The notes: generated by a model from the letters alone, not told the origin. A stretch of DNA of 64,000 nucleotides from Anaerolineales bacterium (GCA_050010135.1 JBEKLP010000004.1:2932-66931); one strand, 5' to 3'; counted from the first letter of the stretch, positions 24,280 to 34,626 are shown. Numbers and translations: made by a program.

Positions 24280-25656
24280 ATGGAATCGAAACCGGAGCAG
24301 CTTCGCATTTTGCAGGTGACCGGTTCGGCCGAGGGCGGGGGCGGCGAGCAGATTTCGATTCGCATGCACCGGGCATTCCAACGGTTGGGGCATCGATCGA
24401 TGCTGTTTGCCGGCCGTGGAGTTCCGAGCGCCGGAGAGGATCTTTACGTTATTCCCAACCGGTGGGAAGAAACACCGCACGCAAGGATGATCCAGGAGCT
24501 TTACCGTAAGCTGCTCTCAATAACCCGCGGCCGAGGGCAAAGCCGGTTGTTTCCGATTTTCGAAGCACTGGCGTTCCCGCAAGTCACATGGGACCTATGG
24601 CGGGGTCATGAAGATTACACCCAGCCAGGTTCCCGCCGGCTGCTTTCGCTCGTCCCCGAACAACCGGATGTTGTGCTGCTGCATAATTTGCACGCGCGCT
24701 GGAACCGCCGCGAAGGATTCTTCGACCTGGGATTTGTCCCGCAACTGAGTCAATCCGTACCGGTGATCCTCTTCCCGCAGGATCCCTGGCTCCTCACCGG
24801 TCACTGCGGCCATCCGATCAATTGCCCGCGCTGGCGCATCGGATGCGGCCAGTGTCCGGACCTCGTGATCTACCCTTCCATCCGCCGCGACGCAACCGCA
24901 TGGAATTTACGCCGCAAGCGGGCGATCTACGCGCACAGCCGGCTGTACCTAGCGTCGCCGTCGCGCTGGCTGCTGGAGATGTTCACGGAGGCGCGAATTC
25001 CCCTGGCCGGCGCACGGCTGATCGACAACGGCGTAGACACAGCGCTCTTCCGGCCGGGCGACCGCCGGGCGGCGCGTATCGCGCTGGGGCTTGATCCGGA
25101 CCGGCGCATCATCATGATCTCCGGAAATTACCTGCGCATCAATCCCTGGAAGGGATACACCTGGGTTCTCGAAACGGCCGAGCGCATTGGTTGGAGCCGG
25201 AACTTCCCGCCGACGGATTTCCTCTGCGTCGGGGACGAGGGAGAGACGTTCGTTTACGGAAAGGCGCGCGTGGTCTTCGCCGGCCATGTGAAGGACCCCG
25301 CCCGGATGCCCCTGTATTATCAGGCGGCGGATATTTACTTCCATCCGAGCCGCGCCGATACCGCTCCGTTCTCGGTGCTGGAAGCGATGGCAAGCGGACT
25401 GCCGGTCGTCGCGACCAACATCGGAGGGATCCCGGAGCAGGTCGAGGATGGCAATAGCGGGTTCCTCGTCCCACCAGGCGATACACTGGCGATGGCCGAG
25501 CGCTTGGGGAAGCTGATCTCCGATCCGAGTGCATGCGGAGAGATGGGCGATTACGGGCGGTCCCGGACCTTGGAACAATTCGATTTTGAGCGTCAGGTCG
25601 GGAATTTCCTCGACTGGATGCGCCTTGTAATCTCAGTGTATCGAACTCTTCCTTAA
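24280..25656 (+). CDS. Glycosyltransferase family 4 (GT-B)
   Basis: ATG 24280 ('MESKPEQLRILQVTGS'). Cys cluster 'GHCGHPINCPRWRIGCGQCPDL' and C-terminal 'FSVLEAMASGLPVVATNIGGIPEQVEDGNSGFLVPPGD' (EX7E region). The tracked start at 24115 is an over-extension. Confidence 0.85.
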   Translation: MESKPEQLRILQVTGSAEGGGGEQISIRMHRAFQRLGHRSMLFAGRGVPSAGEDLYVIPNRWEETPHARMIQELYRKLLSITRGRGQSRLFPIFEALAFPQVTWDLWRGHEDYTQPGSRRLLSLVPEQPDVVLLHNLHARWNRREGFFDLGFVPQLSQSVPVILFPQDPWLLTGHCGHPINCPRWRIGCGQCPDLVIYPSIRRDATAWNLRRKRAIYAHSRLYLASPSRWLLEMFTEARIPLAGARLIDNGVDTALFRPGDRRAARIALGLDPDRRIIMISGNYLRINPWKGYTWVLETAERIGWSRNFPPTDFLCVGDEGETFVYGKARVVFAGHVKDPARMPLYYQAADIYFHPSRADTAPFSVLEAMASGLPVVATNIGGIPEQVEDGNSGFLVPPGDTLAMAERLGKLISDPSACGEMGDYGRSRTLEQFDFERQVGNFLDWMRLVISVYRTLP

Positions 25657-25752
25657 AAAGCCTTCGAAATAGCGTTTTCATCGCTCCCGGCTGCCGGAAA
25701 GGGGGGGAGATGATCCGCCCCCTCCCTTCGGTATAATTCGACCGGGATATCC

Positions 25753-26661
25753 ATGAATTCCATCCCGTTGATTTCCATTGTGGTACCGTCCTTCAACCAG
25801 GCGCTATACCTTGAGGAATGCCTCGGGTCGGTGCTGGATCAGGCCTATCCGCGACGGGAAATCATTGTCATCGACGGCGGTTCGCGCGACGGCAGCCGGG
25901 AGATCCTGCGGCGGCACGAACGGCGGCTGGAGTATTGGGTCAGCGAGACGGACCGGGGACAGGCGCACGCGGTGAATAAGGGCTGGGCGCGCGCCAAGGG
26001 AGACATCCTGGGGTGGCTCAACTCCGACGACCGTCTGGAAGTCGGAGCGTTGGATTTTGTTGCCGGGACGTATGTATCGCAGCCTCGCGCGGCCCTTCTC
26101 TACGGCGACGTGCGCGAGATCGACGCGCGGGGCGGGGCGGTCGGAGGGAAAAAAATGGCGGGCTTCGGTCTCCGGTCGCTGCTCCTGGGAAAGAACATGG
26201 GCCAGCCCGGAGTTTTCATCCCCCGGCGCACGTATGATTCGCTGGGCGGCTTGGATGAAGCGCTACACTTCGCGCTTGACTTCGATTATTTCCTGCGCGT
26301 CTGGACCGCGTTTCCCGACGGCGGCGCATACATCCCGCACCTTGTGGCTTCCTCACGCGTGTGGGAAGCCGCCAAGACCATTCAACAGGGCGGCCGGTTC
26401 GGCGAGGAATACCGGATCGTGCTCGACAGATATTTCGCCCGTTCCGATCTTCCTCCCGCGGTCCGGGCGTTGCGCCGCCGGGCGTTGGCGCGCTCGGTGT
26501 ATTTCCGCCAGGCGCGACTCTATTTTCAAGGCGGCGACGCACGCCGGGGTGTGGCCTGGCTGGCGCGGGCCGCCTGGATGGAAGGCTCGCCGCTGGAGGC
26601 GGCGCGGATGATCCGCATAGCGATCGATGCCTGGAGGCAGCGAGGATCGGATGCAATCTAG
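25753..26661 (+). CDS. Glycosyltransferase family 2
   Basis: 'ISIVVPSFNQALYLEECLGSVLDQ', 'VIDGGSRDGS', 'WLNSDDRL'. Confidence 0.9.
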   Translation: MNSIPLISIVVPSFNQALYLEECLGSVLDQAYPRREIIVIDGGSRDGSREILRRHERRLEYWVSETDRGQAHAVNKGWARAKGDILGWLNSDDRLEVGALDFVAGTYVSQPRAALLYGDVREIDARGGAVGGKKMAGFGLRSLLLGKNMGQPGVFIPRRTYDSLGGLDEALHFALDFDYFLRVWTAFPDGGAYIPHLVASSRVWEAAKTIQQGGRFGEEYRIVLDRYFARSDLPPAVRALRRRALARSVYFRQARLYFQGGDARRGVAWLARAAWMEGSPLEAARMIRIAIDAWRQRGSDAI

Positions 26662-28288
26662 GCCGCCGTTCCTGCGCAGGCACTGGCCTTTCCTTTTGGC
26701 TGAAGTTGTCTGGCTGGCCCTGTTTGCGGTCACCCTGGCGCAAATCCTCGCGAACACCGGCGGACGTATGGTGTACGCGTCGGACGATGTGTACATTCAC
26801 ATGGCCATTGCCAAAAATCTCGTCCTGCACGGGGTGTGGGGCGTGACGCCGTTTGGATTTACCTCCTGCGCAAGTTCGATCATTTGGCCGCTGGTGATCG
26901 CCTTCACCTATGTGCTGTTCGGGGTCAATGAATGGAGCCCGATCCTTTTGAATTTATTGCTATCATTGGCGGTGCTGGCCGTTGTCTACCGCTTCCTGCG
27001 CGGACGCGGGCGGGGAGATCTGGTCTGCGCAGCAGTGTTACTTGCGCTTGTACTTTGCATTCCGATGACCGCAATTTCCTTCGACGGGATGGAGCACATG
27101 CTCCAGATTCTCGTTTTCGTCGTCTTCACCGAGCGGTTGTTCTTCGTTTTGAACCGGGAGCCGGGCGGATCATGGGATCTCTGGCTTCCCATTCTCGCCT
27201 GCGGTCTGACGCTCGTCCGCTACGAAGGGCTGTTCCTCGCCGGAGCGGCCGTGATGCTATTGGCTTGGAAGAAACAATGGAAGCTGTGCGCAGCGGTGGT
27301 CGTTGGTGCGGCGCTCCCCGTAGCGGGCATGGCGGCGATATCGCTTGCGCACGGCTGGTATCCCATTCCAAATTCAGTGCTGATCAAAAGCGCGCCCTTC
27401 ACCGACATCATTCCCGAATCGCCGATCCAGACTCTCACGCGGCCGTTCCGTTATCTTTCCGGGCGCGATTACATCCTCTCGCTGGTTGTGCTGTTGCTGC
27501 TCTCCTGGCTGGCAACCGTGCGCGAGGTGCCGCGCCGGGATCTCTTCCGGCGCCTGGCGCCAGGCGCGTTTTTCCTGATGGTGGTTTTCGCCCATGGGAC
27601 TCTGATCGATATGGAGTGGTTTTACCGCCACGCGGCCTATCTGTTGATGCTTGGAATCATCACAATCGAAATGACCTGGCCTGCGGGTGGATTACGATGG
27701 CGGTGGCCCGCCTCCGGCGCAGCCCGACTGGCAATCAGCGCCCTGGCGGTTTTCCTCGCGTATCCACTTTGCGCCCGGGCGTCAGGCGCGATCCTGGATA
27801 CGCCGCTGGCGGCGCGGAATATTTATGAGATGCAATATCAGATGGCGCGCTTCCTGAACCGCTACTATCCGGAGGGACCGGTCGCGGCCAACGACATCGG
27901 CGCGGTTTCGTACTACAACGATTTTTCCCTGCTCGATCTGTATGGGCTGGCCTCGATGGACGTGGCGCGCGCGAAACTCGGCGGAACGTACGACACCGCG
28001 CTCATCGACCGTCTGACCCGGGAAAGCGGCGCGCAGGTTATGATCGTCTACGATTACTGGTTCGATCGCTACGGCGGGCTGCCGAAGGGTTGGGTTAAGG
28101 CGGGGGAATGGCACTACACCGACTGTTACGTCTGCGGCGGGGACACGGTGTCGTTTTATGCGCCGTCCGCCGCGCAAGCCGACTCGCTGCGGGCGGAATT
28201 GGACGCGTTCCGGGAAGTGCTTCCGGCGCGGGTGAAATACCAGCGGATCACGGGCGGTGGTTTTGCGGAGGATGGGAATGGCGGATAA
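26651..28288 (+). CDS. Large polytopic membrane protein, group E1 (GT-C-like candidate)
   Basis: 545 aa. TM1 then 'YASDDVYIHMAIAKNLVLHGVWGVTPFGF', many hydrophobic helices, and a C-terminal soluble domain with 'VAANDIGAVSYYNDFSLLDLYGLAS'. The start overlaps the GT2 stop by 11 nt and has a GAGGA RBS. Confidence 0.8.
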   Translation: MQSRPPFLRRHWPFLLAEVVWLALFAVTLAQILANTGGRMVYASDDVYIHMAIAKNLVLHGVWGVTPFGFTSCASSIIWPLVIAFTYVLFGVNEWSPILLNLLLSLAVLAVVYRFLRGRGRGDLVCAAVLLALVLCIPMTAISFDGMEHMLQILVFVVFTERLFFVLNREPGGSWDLWLPILACGLTLVRYEGLFLAGAAVMLLAWKKQWKLCAAVVVGAALPVAGMAAISLAHGWYPIPNSVLIKSAPFTDIIPESPIQTLTRPFRYLSGRDYILSLVVLLLLSWLATVREVPRRDLFRRLAPGAFFLMVVFAHGTLIDMEWFYRHAAYLLMLGIITIEMTWPAGGLRWRWPASGAARLAISALAVFLAYPLCARASGAILDTPLAARNIYEMQYQMARFLNRYYPEGPVAANDIGAVSYYNDFSLLDLYGLASMDVARAKLGGTYDTALIDRLTRESGAQVMIVYDYWFDRYGGLPKGWVKAGEWHYTDCYVCGGDTVSFYAPSAAQADSLRAELDAFREVLPARVKYQRITGGGFAEDGNGG

Positions 28289-29888
28289 ACCGAACCAACC
28301 GAAAGCGTCGCGGCTGCATTCCGATTGGCCCCTGTGGACGGCGCTCGCTCTGTTCCTTGTCCTCCTGTTGATCTCCTTCGTCGGGCAGATCTCTTCCGGC
28401 CAATTGATTCTCCCCGAGGAGCCCGCGTATCAGCGTTTGATGGTTGCAAAAAATCTGGCTGCCCATTTTTCCTGGGCGATCAACCCGGGGGAATTCACCT
28501 CCGCGTTTGGCACGCTGCTTTGGCCGGTGGTGCTTGCGCCGTTTTTCTTTTTGCTCGGGGCTTCCACGCTTTGGCCGTGGGCGATCAACGCGGTCCTGTC
28601 AGTTCTCCTGATCGTCCTAGCCTACCGGGTCGTGCGCGAGTGGATCACGTCTGCGGCGGCCCAGGCTGCGTTGCTCGTCCTGTTGATCGTCGCTTTGCCG
28701 CTCGGGGTGCTTTCTGCATCGGGAATGGAGCAGGTGCTTTTCCTACTCTTGCTGCTGATCTTCCTTGAATTGTGGGCGCGCCGCATGGAGGAGAGCAGCC
28801 GGACCGGAATTCTTCCTTTGGCCGTGATTGCCGTTCTCTTGGCGTCCACCCGCTACGAAGGGATGCTGCTGGTTATACTGGCCACGCTCCTGCTTCTTCT
28901 GCGGCGGGATTTCCGCGCCGGGCTGGTTGTCCCGATCGCCGCAGCCGTTCCGCTCGCGATTTATGGATTGATCTCCTGGCGTGCGGGTTGGCTGCCCATC
29001 CCGGCCTCGGTCTATTTGCGGCGCGCAGAATTGATCCCCGCGGATCTCTCGCAATGGCCGTCCATTCTTTTCCGGTCGGTGGATGTGCTTGGTGTACGAC
29101 CGGATATGCGATCCGTCGTGCTTCTGGTCACCTTGCTCCCCGCCTGGCTGGGTCTGACCGGCCGGCTTTCCTCCGCCCGCGAGCGTGCATTCTACGCGCC
29201 GGCGCTCGCCCTGCTGGCGGTGATTGCCCATCTCACCCTGATTGGGGACCGGGAGATCCGTTACGACGCGTGGTTGATCCTGATTAGTGGCTGGGCGATC
29301 CTGCCCGCGCTGGGAAAAATCCTGCCGGAGGATTGGCAGTCTTTTCGGAAGAACGTCGCAACCCTGGTTGCTGGCGGCGTGCTTGCCATATTGTTGGGCT
29401 TTCCGCTGCTCAGTCGCGGCGTGCAGGGCATGTTCCTCTTCGCGGACGCAATGAATGTGGAAAAGGGAATCTATCAATCCGCGGCGCGCTGGGCTGCGCA
29501 GTGCGCTTCCGATCCGGTGGCGACCGACGCGCCGGGGACGGTCGCCTTCCTCACCGGCCGGCCGGTTGTGGATTTGAGCGGCTTCGTTTCGCTCAGCGCC
29601 TTCCGGATTCGGCGGGTTGGGAACATTACGGCGGAATGGATGCAGGCGGAAGCCGAACGGCATTCGGTATCGGTGGCTTTGATCTTTCAACCGGTCACTC
29701 AGATTCCGGCTGCGACGATCTGGAAACGAATTGGAGGGTGGGGGTTGATGAATTGTCCCCTTTGCCAGCCGGTGGAAATCTTCGCCGTCCAGGACGATCC
29801 CGTAATCACTTCCTGCACTGAATCGTTCATGGGGAATCTTCCCGTGGATGAAATTCTTCCCATGCCTGCAGATGGTGATGGTCCGTGA
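28278..29888 (+). CDS. Large polytopic membrane protein, group E2 (divergent paralogue)
   Basis: 536 aa, GGAGGA RBS. The equivalent first-loop region is 'LPEEPAYQRLMVAKNLAAHFSWAINPGEF' (DD replaced by EE). The C-terminal 'ANDIG' block is replaced by 'ATDAPG'. Confidence 0.75.
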   Translation: MADKPNQPKASRLHSDWPLWTALALFLVLLLISFVGQISSGQLILPEEPAYQRLMVAKNLAAHFSWAINPGEFTSAFGTLLWPVVLAPFFFLLGASTLWPWAINAVLSVLLIVLAYRVVREWITSAAAQAALLVLLIVALPLGVLSASGMEQVLFLLLLLIFLELWARRMEESSRTGILPLAVIAVLLASTRYEGMLLVILATLLLLLRRDFRAGLVVPIAAAVPLAIYGLISWRAGWLPIPASVYLRRAELIPADLSQWPSILFRSVDVLGVRPDMRSVVLLVTLLPAWLGLTGRLSSARERAFYAPALALLAVIAHLTLIGDREIRYDAWLILISGWAILPALGKILPEDWQSFRKNVATLVAGGVLAILLGFPLLSRGVQGMFLFADAMNVEKGIYQSAARWAAQCASDPVATDAPGTVAFLTGRPVVDLSGFVSLSAFRIRRVGNITAEWMQAEAERHSVSVALIFQPVTQIPAATIWKRIGGWGLMNCPLCQPVEIFAVQDDPVITSCTESFMGNLPVDEILPMPADGDGP

Positions 29889-31534
29889 AAGCGCGCCCGG
29901 TTTTTTTGCAGCGTCATTTCCCTCTACTCGCGGCCTTTGGGATTGCGGCCGCCGGGGCGGCGCTTGTATACCTCTTGATCCTGCGCGAAACCGGCGGACG
30001 ATTTATCTATAATCTGGACGATGCATACATTCATATGGCCATCGCCAAACACATCGTGCAAAACGGGGTGTGGGGTGTGACGCCGTATGAATTTTCCTCC
30101 TCTTCCAGTTCCATCCTCTGGCCGATTCTTCTGGTGGGGGCGTTTAAAATCTTCGGCGTGCGGGAGATTCTGCCGCTGGGCATTGCCCTGGCTGCGACGG
30201 CGATCCTGATGACCGTTCTCTATCGGGAATGGACGGAGCGCGAAAACCGTCCGGGCTGGGCGCTGGCGATGCTGATCGGTTGGATGCTTTTCCTCCCCCT
30301 CTGGCCGATTCTCTTCAACGGAATGGAAACGATGCTGCAGGCGCTGGCGGCCGTGGCGTTTGCGGCCACCGCGGTGCATTATCTCGCGACCGAAAAACCC
30401 AGCCGAGTACTTCCGCTGTGCCTGTTGGCGGCTTTGGCGTCGGCGATCCGCTACGAAGGATGTTTTATCGCTGCGTCGGTTTGCCTTCTGCTGGTATTCC
30501 GCGGCCGATGGAAAACGGCGATCCTGATCGGACTCTCGGCCACATTGCCGGTCGTCCTGTATGGGATCTATTCGCTCGCTCAGGGCTGGTCCTTCCTGCC
30601 CAACTCGGTGCTGGTCAAGCACAGCGGCATCGATGTAACCAGCCCCGCCGCCTTGTGGGGCGTTCTGGCGCGGCCGTTCCAGCCGATCGCGAATATTAAC
30701 GTGCTGCAGCTGCCGGTGTGGCAATCCCTCGCCGTGATCGTTCTGATGATGCTGCTCCTCCGCGCGCGGACTGTTCCCATTCGCGGCCTGTGGGATGACC
30801 GGTTGCTGCCGGCCGTCCTATTCTTAATGATTGCCGTCCTGCATTCATTGGGGATTGCCTCGGATTGGTTTTTCCGCTACCAGGCGTATTTGAACAATCT
30901 TGGAATCTGGGCAATCGGATGCGTTGGGATCCCCGCTATGGATTGGGCTGCGCTTCGGCATCACGCGGCTTCGGTGGTGACGGCGGTGTGCGCGGCCATT
31001 CTGGTGGCCTTCCCCCTGGGCAGTTCCGCGGTTCGGGCGATATGGGAAACGCCGCTGGCTTCCCGCAACATCTGGCAGCAACAATATCAGATGGGGCTCT
31101 TCCTGAGGCAGTATTATCCGCAGGGACGCGTGGCGGCGAACGATATCGGAGCGATCGACTTCCTGGACGATATTCATCTGATGGATCTTACCGGTTTGGC
31201 ATCCCGGTCGGCGATGCAGGCCGAGCTCGATGGGTCGTGGCACCGGGACGTTGCGGGGACGCTGGATGCCCTTACATCGGCGGAGGGCGTTCACATCGCG
31301 GTGATCTATGACACCTGGTTTGATTACAATCCGGCAACGGGAAGAGCCGCGGTTCCCGCGCAATGGGTGCGGGTGGCAGCCTGGACTATTCACGATAATA
31401 TCGTATGCGGTGGCGCAACCGTGACGTGGTACGCCGTCGTGCCGGAGGGGGCGGACGCACTGCGTTTGGCGCTGGAACAATTCTCCGCCAGCCTCCCCGC
31501 GGGCGTGACGGTTCGACCATACCCGCTCCCGTAA
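29885..31534 (+). CDS. Large polytopic membrane protein, group E3 (GT-C-like candidate)
   Basis: GTG overlaps the E2 stop (GTGA). 'YNLDDAYIHMAIAKHIVQNGVWGVTPYEF' and 'VAANDIGAIDFLDDIHLMDLTGLAS'; colinear with E1 throughout. Confidence 0.8.
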   Translation: MKARPVFLQRHFPLLAAFGIAAAGAALVYLLILRETGGRFIYNLDDAYIHMAIAKHIVQNGVWGVTPYEFSSSSSSILWPILLVGAFKIFGVREILPLGIALAATAILMTVLYREWTERENRPGWALAMLIGWMLFLPLWPILFNGMETMLQALAAVAFAATAVHYLATEKPSRVLPLCLLAALASAIRYEGCFIAASVCLLLVFRGRWKTAILIGLSATLPVVLYGIYSLAQGWSFLPNSVLVKHSGIDVTSPAALWGVLARPFQPIANINVLQLPVWQSLAVIVLMMLLLRARTVPIRGLWDDRLLPAVLFLMIAVLHSLGIASDWFFRYQAYLNNLGIWAIGCVGIPAMDWAALRHHAASVVTAVCAAILVAFPLGSSAVRAIWETPLASRNIWQQQYQMGLFLRQYYPQGRVAANDIGAIDFLDDIHLMDLTGLASRSAMQAELDGSWHRDVAGTLDALTSAEGVHIAVIYDTWFDYNPATGRAAVPAQWVRVAAWTIHDNIVCGGATVTWYAVVPEGADALRLALEQFSASLPAGVTVRPYPLP

Positions 31535-31594
31535 TGCGGTATCACCCGGTGCCGGATATGCGTCCTGAATTGTTCGCACGAGGATGACGGTTCC

Positions 31595-33463
31595 ATGATC
31601 AAGCGATTCTCGTTTGCTGACCTTGCGGATCTTGGATGGATTGTGGCGATTACGCTCGCCGCCAGCCTGCTGATGTATTCCGGCTGGCGGGATCAATCCC
31701 CCTTCGACAGCCCGGATATCCTTGCCCATCAGGGCAACGCGATCGATCTGCTCCGCAGCGGCGTCATCCCCTACCGCGGCCAGGGCCTTTCTTATTCAGG
31801 CTGGGGCCCGCCGGGCACCTCGTATCTGATGGTTCCAGGCGTACTGCTCATGCCGGATCCGCGCCTGGCGGAAGTTCCCGGCGCGGTTCTGCTCCATTTC
31901 GGCACACTGCTATTTCTCTTTCTCATCGTCCGGAGCTCTTTCGGCCGTGGAGCGGCCTGGGCGGTTGTCGCGGTGGCGGGTCTCCTCCCGATCACCGGAC
32001 CAACCCTCTGGCCCAACGGACATCCCTTCTTCGTCGTGGGAATGCTCTATTTCCTTTTACGCTGGGTGCGCGACCGCGCTCCACACGCATTCTCCGCCGC
32101 ATTGCTCCTGGCAGGGCTCGGGATGTACGTCTATTTCACGATCGCCCCGGCGCTGATCGCGATGGCCTTGATTGCGCTTATCTATCGTCGGCCGGTTTCG
32201 TGGCGCAGCTTTGCCGCGGCGCTGGCCGCGCTGGTCGTCGTGTGGTGGCCGTATCTGCGTTTCGAGGCCGGACGCGGATTCACCGACATCGGCATCATGC
32301 TCCTGCGCCGGGATTTAACGGTGGCGCAGGCGCAGCCGTCGACGCCGGTCTACTGCTACGCTTCGCTGCCCGGAGAATTGGATTTTCGGGATATGGTCTA
32401 TATGCCCTGGACCGGAACGAGCGATCCGAATCGGGTTATCTATCCCGGAACGGGGAGAGTGGCGCAGTTTGAATTGCAGCTTTGCACGTTGCTGAATAAA
32501 TCCGACAGGAATTTCGATTCCGGATATTTCCTTTTCAACAATCCGGTTTGGCCGGCCGGTTTGCTGTTTGGTGTGTACCTGACCGGATTCTGGGTCCTGG
32601 TGTTTGGCGCATTCCGCGGAGTGGAAAGAATTTCCAGCGGATGGACCAGGGTCCGCGCAATCCCGGCTTGGAAGATCCTGCTTGCGTGCGCGCTGGGGAC
32701 TGCATTGATTTTCCTTCTCGTGCGGCCGGCGGTGATCGGCACGCTGCTCGTCGGGGATCCGGATTGGAACCTGCCTGCGCGGTTGCTGCTAGCGCAGATC
32801 AGCGCGTATGGAATCCTCCTGTGGATTTCCATGGGGATCGGTTTGCTGCTTGCCTCGCGTTGGGAGGATGCGCCGAAGGGAATGGGCGTCCTGGCTGCGA
32901 CGATCGGCGGTTGCGGATTTCTTTTAGTTGTGCTTTCCGAAATCGAACGCTCCTGGCGTTTCTGGTGGTTTTGGCCGCTGCAATGCATCGCCATCGTCGT
33001 GGCGGTCGCGGGTTTGATCCGTTGGATAAAGCCGTCCCGCGGGATAATGATTGGGGTGTGGATCCTTGCGGTCGGTCTGTTCTTCCCGTATCGATCGGTT
33101 TTGGCAAAAGCGGATTCCATTTTGCGCTACGGATACGGTGGACGGGAGAGCGGCGAGATGCGGGCGATGCAATGGCTGGCGGAACAAGCCCGTAAAAATC
33201 CGGATATACCGATATCGATCGGCGTGACGAGGTTCCACGGCGAAAGCGACATTACCCTGGCCTGGGGCTGGCTGGATTTTGGACTTCGATATATCAACAA
33301 AGCTCCGAATGCCGTGGCCTCCGATCTTGCGCCGGGAAACGATTACCGGGTTGTGGAATTCCTCGGAACGGATCGAGATCATCACCCGGTGGGGTGCCTG
33401 TGGGCAGGATACGATTTGGTCTGGGAAAGCCGGGGGTACGCGATATGCGCCCGAACGCCGTAA
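31595..33463 (+). CDS. Large polytopic membrane protein, group D2 (paralogue of 16354-18222)
   Basis: 622 aa. Shared blocks with D1 include 'PPGTSYLMVPGVLLMPDPRL', 'WWPYLRFEAGRGFTDI' (D1: 'WFPYLRYEYTRGFVDL') and 'RFWWFWPLQ' (D1: 'RFWYMWPLQ'). High GC, unlike D1. Confidence 0.8.
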   Translation: MIKRFSFADLADLGWIVAITLAASLLMYSGWRDQSPFDSPDILAHQGNAIDLLRSGVIPYRGQGLSYSGWGPPGTSYLMVPGVLLMPDPRLAEVPGAVLLHFGTLLFLFLIVRSSFGRGAAWAVVAVAGLLPITGPTLWPNGHPFFVVGMLYFLLRWVRDRAPHAFSAALLLAGLGMYVYFTIAPALIAMALIALIYRRPVSWRSFAAALAALVVVWWPYLRFEAGRGFTDIGIMLLRRDLTVAQAQPSTPVYCYASLPGELDFRDMVYMPWTGTSDPNRVIYPGTGRVAQFELQLCTLLNKSDRNFDSGYFLFNNPVWPAGLLFGVYLTGFWVLVFGAFRGVERISSGWTRVRAIPAWKILLACALGTALIFLLVRPAVIGTLLVGDPDWNLPARLLLAQISAYGILLWISMGIGLLLASRWEDAPKGMGVLAATIGGCGFLLVVLSEIERSWRFWWFWPLQCIAIVVAVAGLIRWIKPSRGIMIGVWILAVGLFFPYRSVLAKADSILRYGYGGRESGEMRAMQWLAEQARKNPDIPISIGVTRFHGESDITLAWGWLDFGLRYINKAPNAVASDLAPGNDYRVVEFLGTDRDHHPVGCLWAGYDLVWESRGYAICARTP

Positions 33464-34626
33464 CCGCTTCCGAACGCCGCCTGAGGATCGTACTTCCCGC
33501 CGGGATTTTCCCTCCGGATATCGGCGGTCCGGCCTCCTACGTTCCGCGCATTGCGGAAGCGCTTGTGGCGCGCGGGCATTCCCTCGAGGTCGTCGCGCTG
33601 GCGGACGACCCGAATGCCGGCGGCGTTTTTCCCTTCCCGGTGCGGCGCATCCGGCGCCGGATGCCGCGTATCCCGCGGATGATCGAAACCATCCAAAGCA
33701 TTTGCGGATTGGCGGGCGCCGCCGATCTGATTTACGCCAACGGCCTTTTCATCGAAGCGGCGATTGCCGCGGGGCTTGCGGGAAAGCCGCTGGTGATGAA
33801 AGTGGTCGGGGATTGGGCTTGGGAGCGCGCCCGAAATCAAGCGGTGGAAAGTCCAACCGTTGAGGAATTCCAGGCGCGCCGTCAACCGCTGCGTTGGGAG
33901 ATGATTAAATGGCTGCGCACCATGGTAAGTGGGCGCGCAGATTTGATCATTGCGCCAAGCCGATATCTGGCGGGAATTATTTCGGCGTGGGGTATTCCCA
34001 CGTCGAAAATTAAAACGATCTATAACGCCGTGGAAGTTTTTCCCGATCCGCCGCCGGTTTCGCTGCCGCCCTTCCGGGGGCGAACGCTGATCACGGTGGC
34101 GCGGCTCGTGCCGTGGAAAAGGATCGATGCGCTGATCGAATGGCTTTCCGTCCGAAGCGATTTGCGGCTGCTGGTAATCGGCGACGGACCTGAACGATCG
34201 AACCTGGAATCGTTGGCGACCCAGAGCGGTGCGGCCGACAGGGTCGTGTTCACCGGTAACGTTTCACGCCAACAGGTCATGGCCTATCTACAGGCGTCGG
34301 ATCTCTTTGTGCTCAATAGTGACTACGAAGGATTGCCTCACGTCGTGCTGGAGGCATACGCTGCGGGAGTTCCGGTGGTTGCCACCTCCGTCGGCGGTAC
34401 GGATGAAGTTATGGAAAATGGAAATAATGGCTTCGTGGTTCCTCCACGGCAGATGGATCGGATGGCCGAGGCTGTCGATCGGCTGCTTTCCGATGATGCT
34501 CTTCGCGCGGTGGTTGCCGACAATGCAAGGCGGACTCTGCACTCTCGTTTCCGATGGGAAACTCTTGTAGAGCAAACGGAAGGCACCCTAATGGCGGTTT
34601 TAGCGGAAAGAAAATCGCGCCCATGA
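33445..34626 (+). CDS. Glycosyltransferase family 4
   Basis: 'LRIVLPAGIFPPDIGGPASYVPRIAEAL' and 'YEGLPHVVLEAYAAGVPVVATSVGGTDEVMENGNNGFVVPP'. Overlaps the D2 stop by 19 nt. Confidence 0.85.
   Translation: MRPNAVTASERRLRIVLPAGIFPPDIGGPASYVPRIAEALVARGHSLEVVALADDPNAGGVFPFPVRRIRRRMPRIPRMIETIQSICGLAGAADLIYANGLFIEAAIAAGLAGKPLVMKVVGDWAWERARNQAVESPTVEEFQARRQPLRWEMIKWLRTMVSGRADLIIAPSRYLAGIISAWGIPTSKIKTIYNAVEVFPDPPPVSLPPFRGRTLITVARLVPWKRIDALIEWLSVRSDLRLLVIGDGPERSNLESLATQSGAADRVVFTGNVSRQQVMAYLQASDLFVLNSDYEGLPHVVLEAYAAGVPVVATSVGGTDEVMENGNNGFVVPPRQMDRMAEAVDRLLSDDALRAVVADNARRTLHSRFRWETLVEQTEGTLMAVLAERKSRP

Noticed and set aside
25698-25729. An imperfect G/C hairpin ('aagggggggag-atgatccg-ccccctccctt') in the 96-nt gap between the GT4 and GT2 genes, considered as an internal terminator.
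   Set aside because: The stem has two mismatches and no downstream T-run. It could equally be a chance purine/pyrimidine tract.
25732-25737. Perfect TATAAT hexamers (25732-25737, 51821-51826, 60577-60582), considered as promoter -10 boxes.
   Set aside because: None has a convincing TTGACA-like -35 at 16-18 nt spacing; the nearest TTGAAA at 60549 is 22 nt away. The host sigma-factor consensus is also unknown, so they are not called as promoter features.
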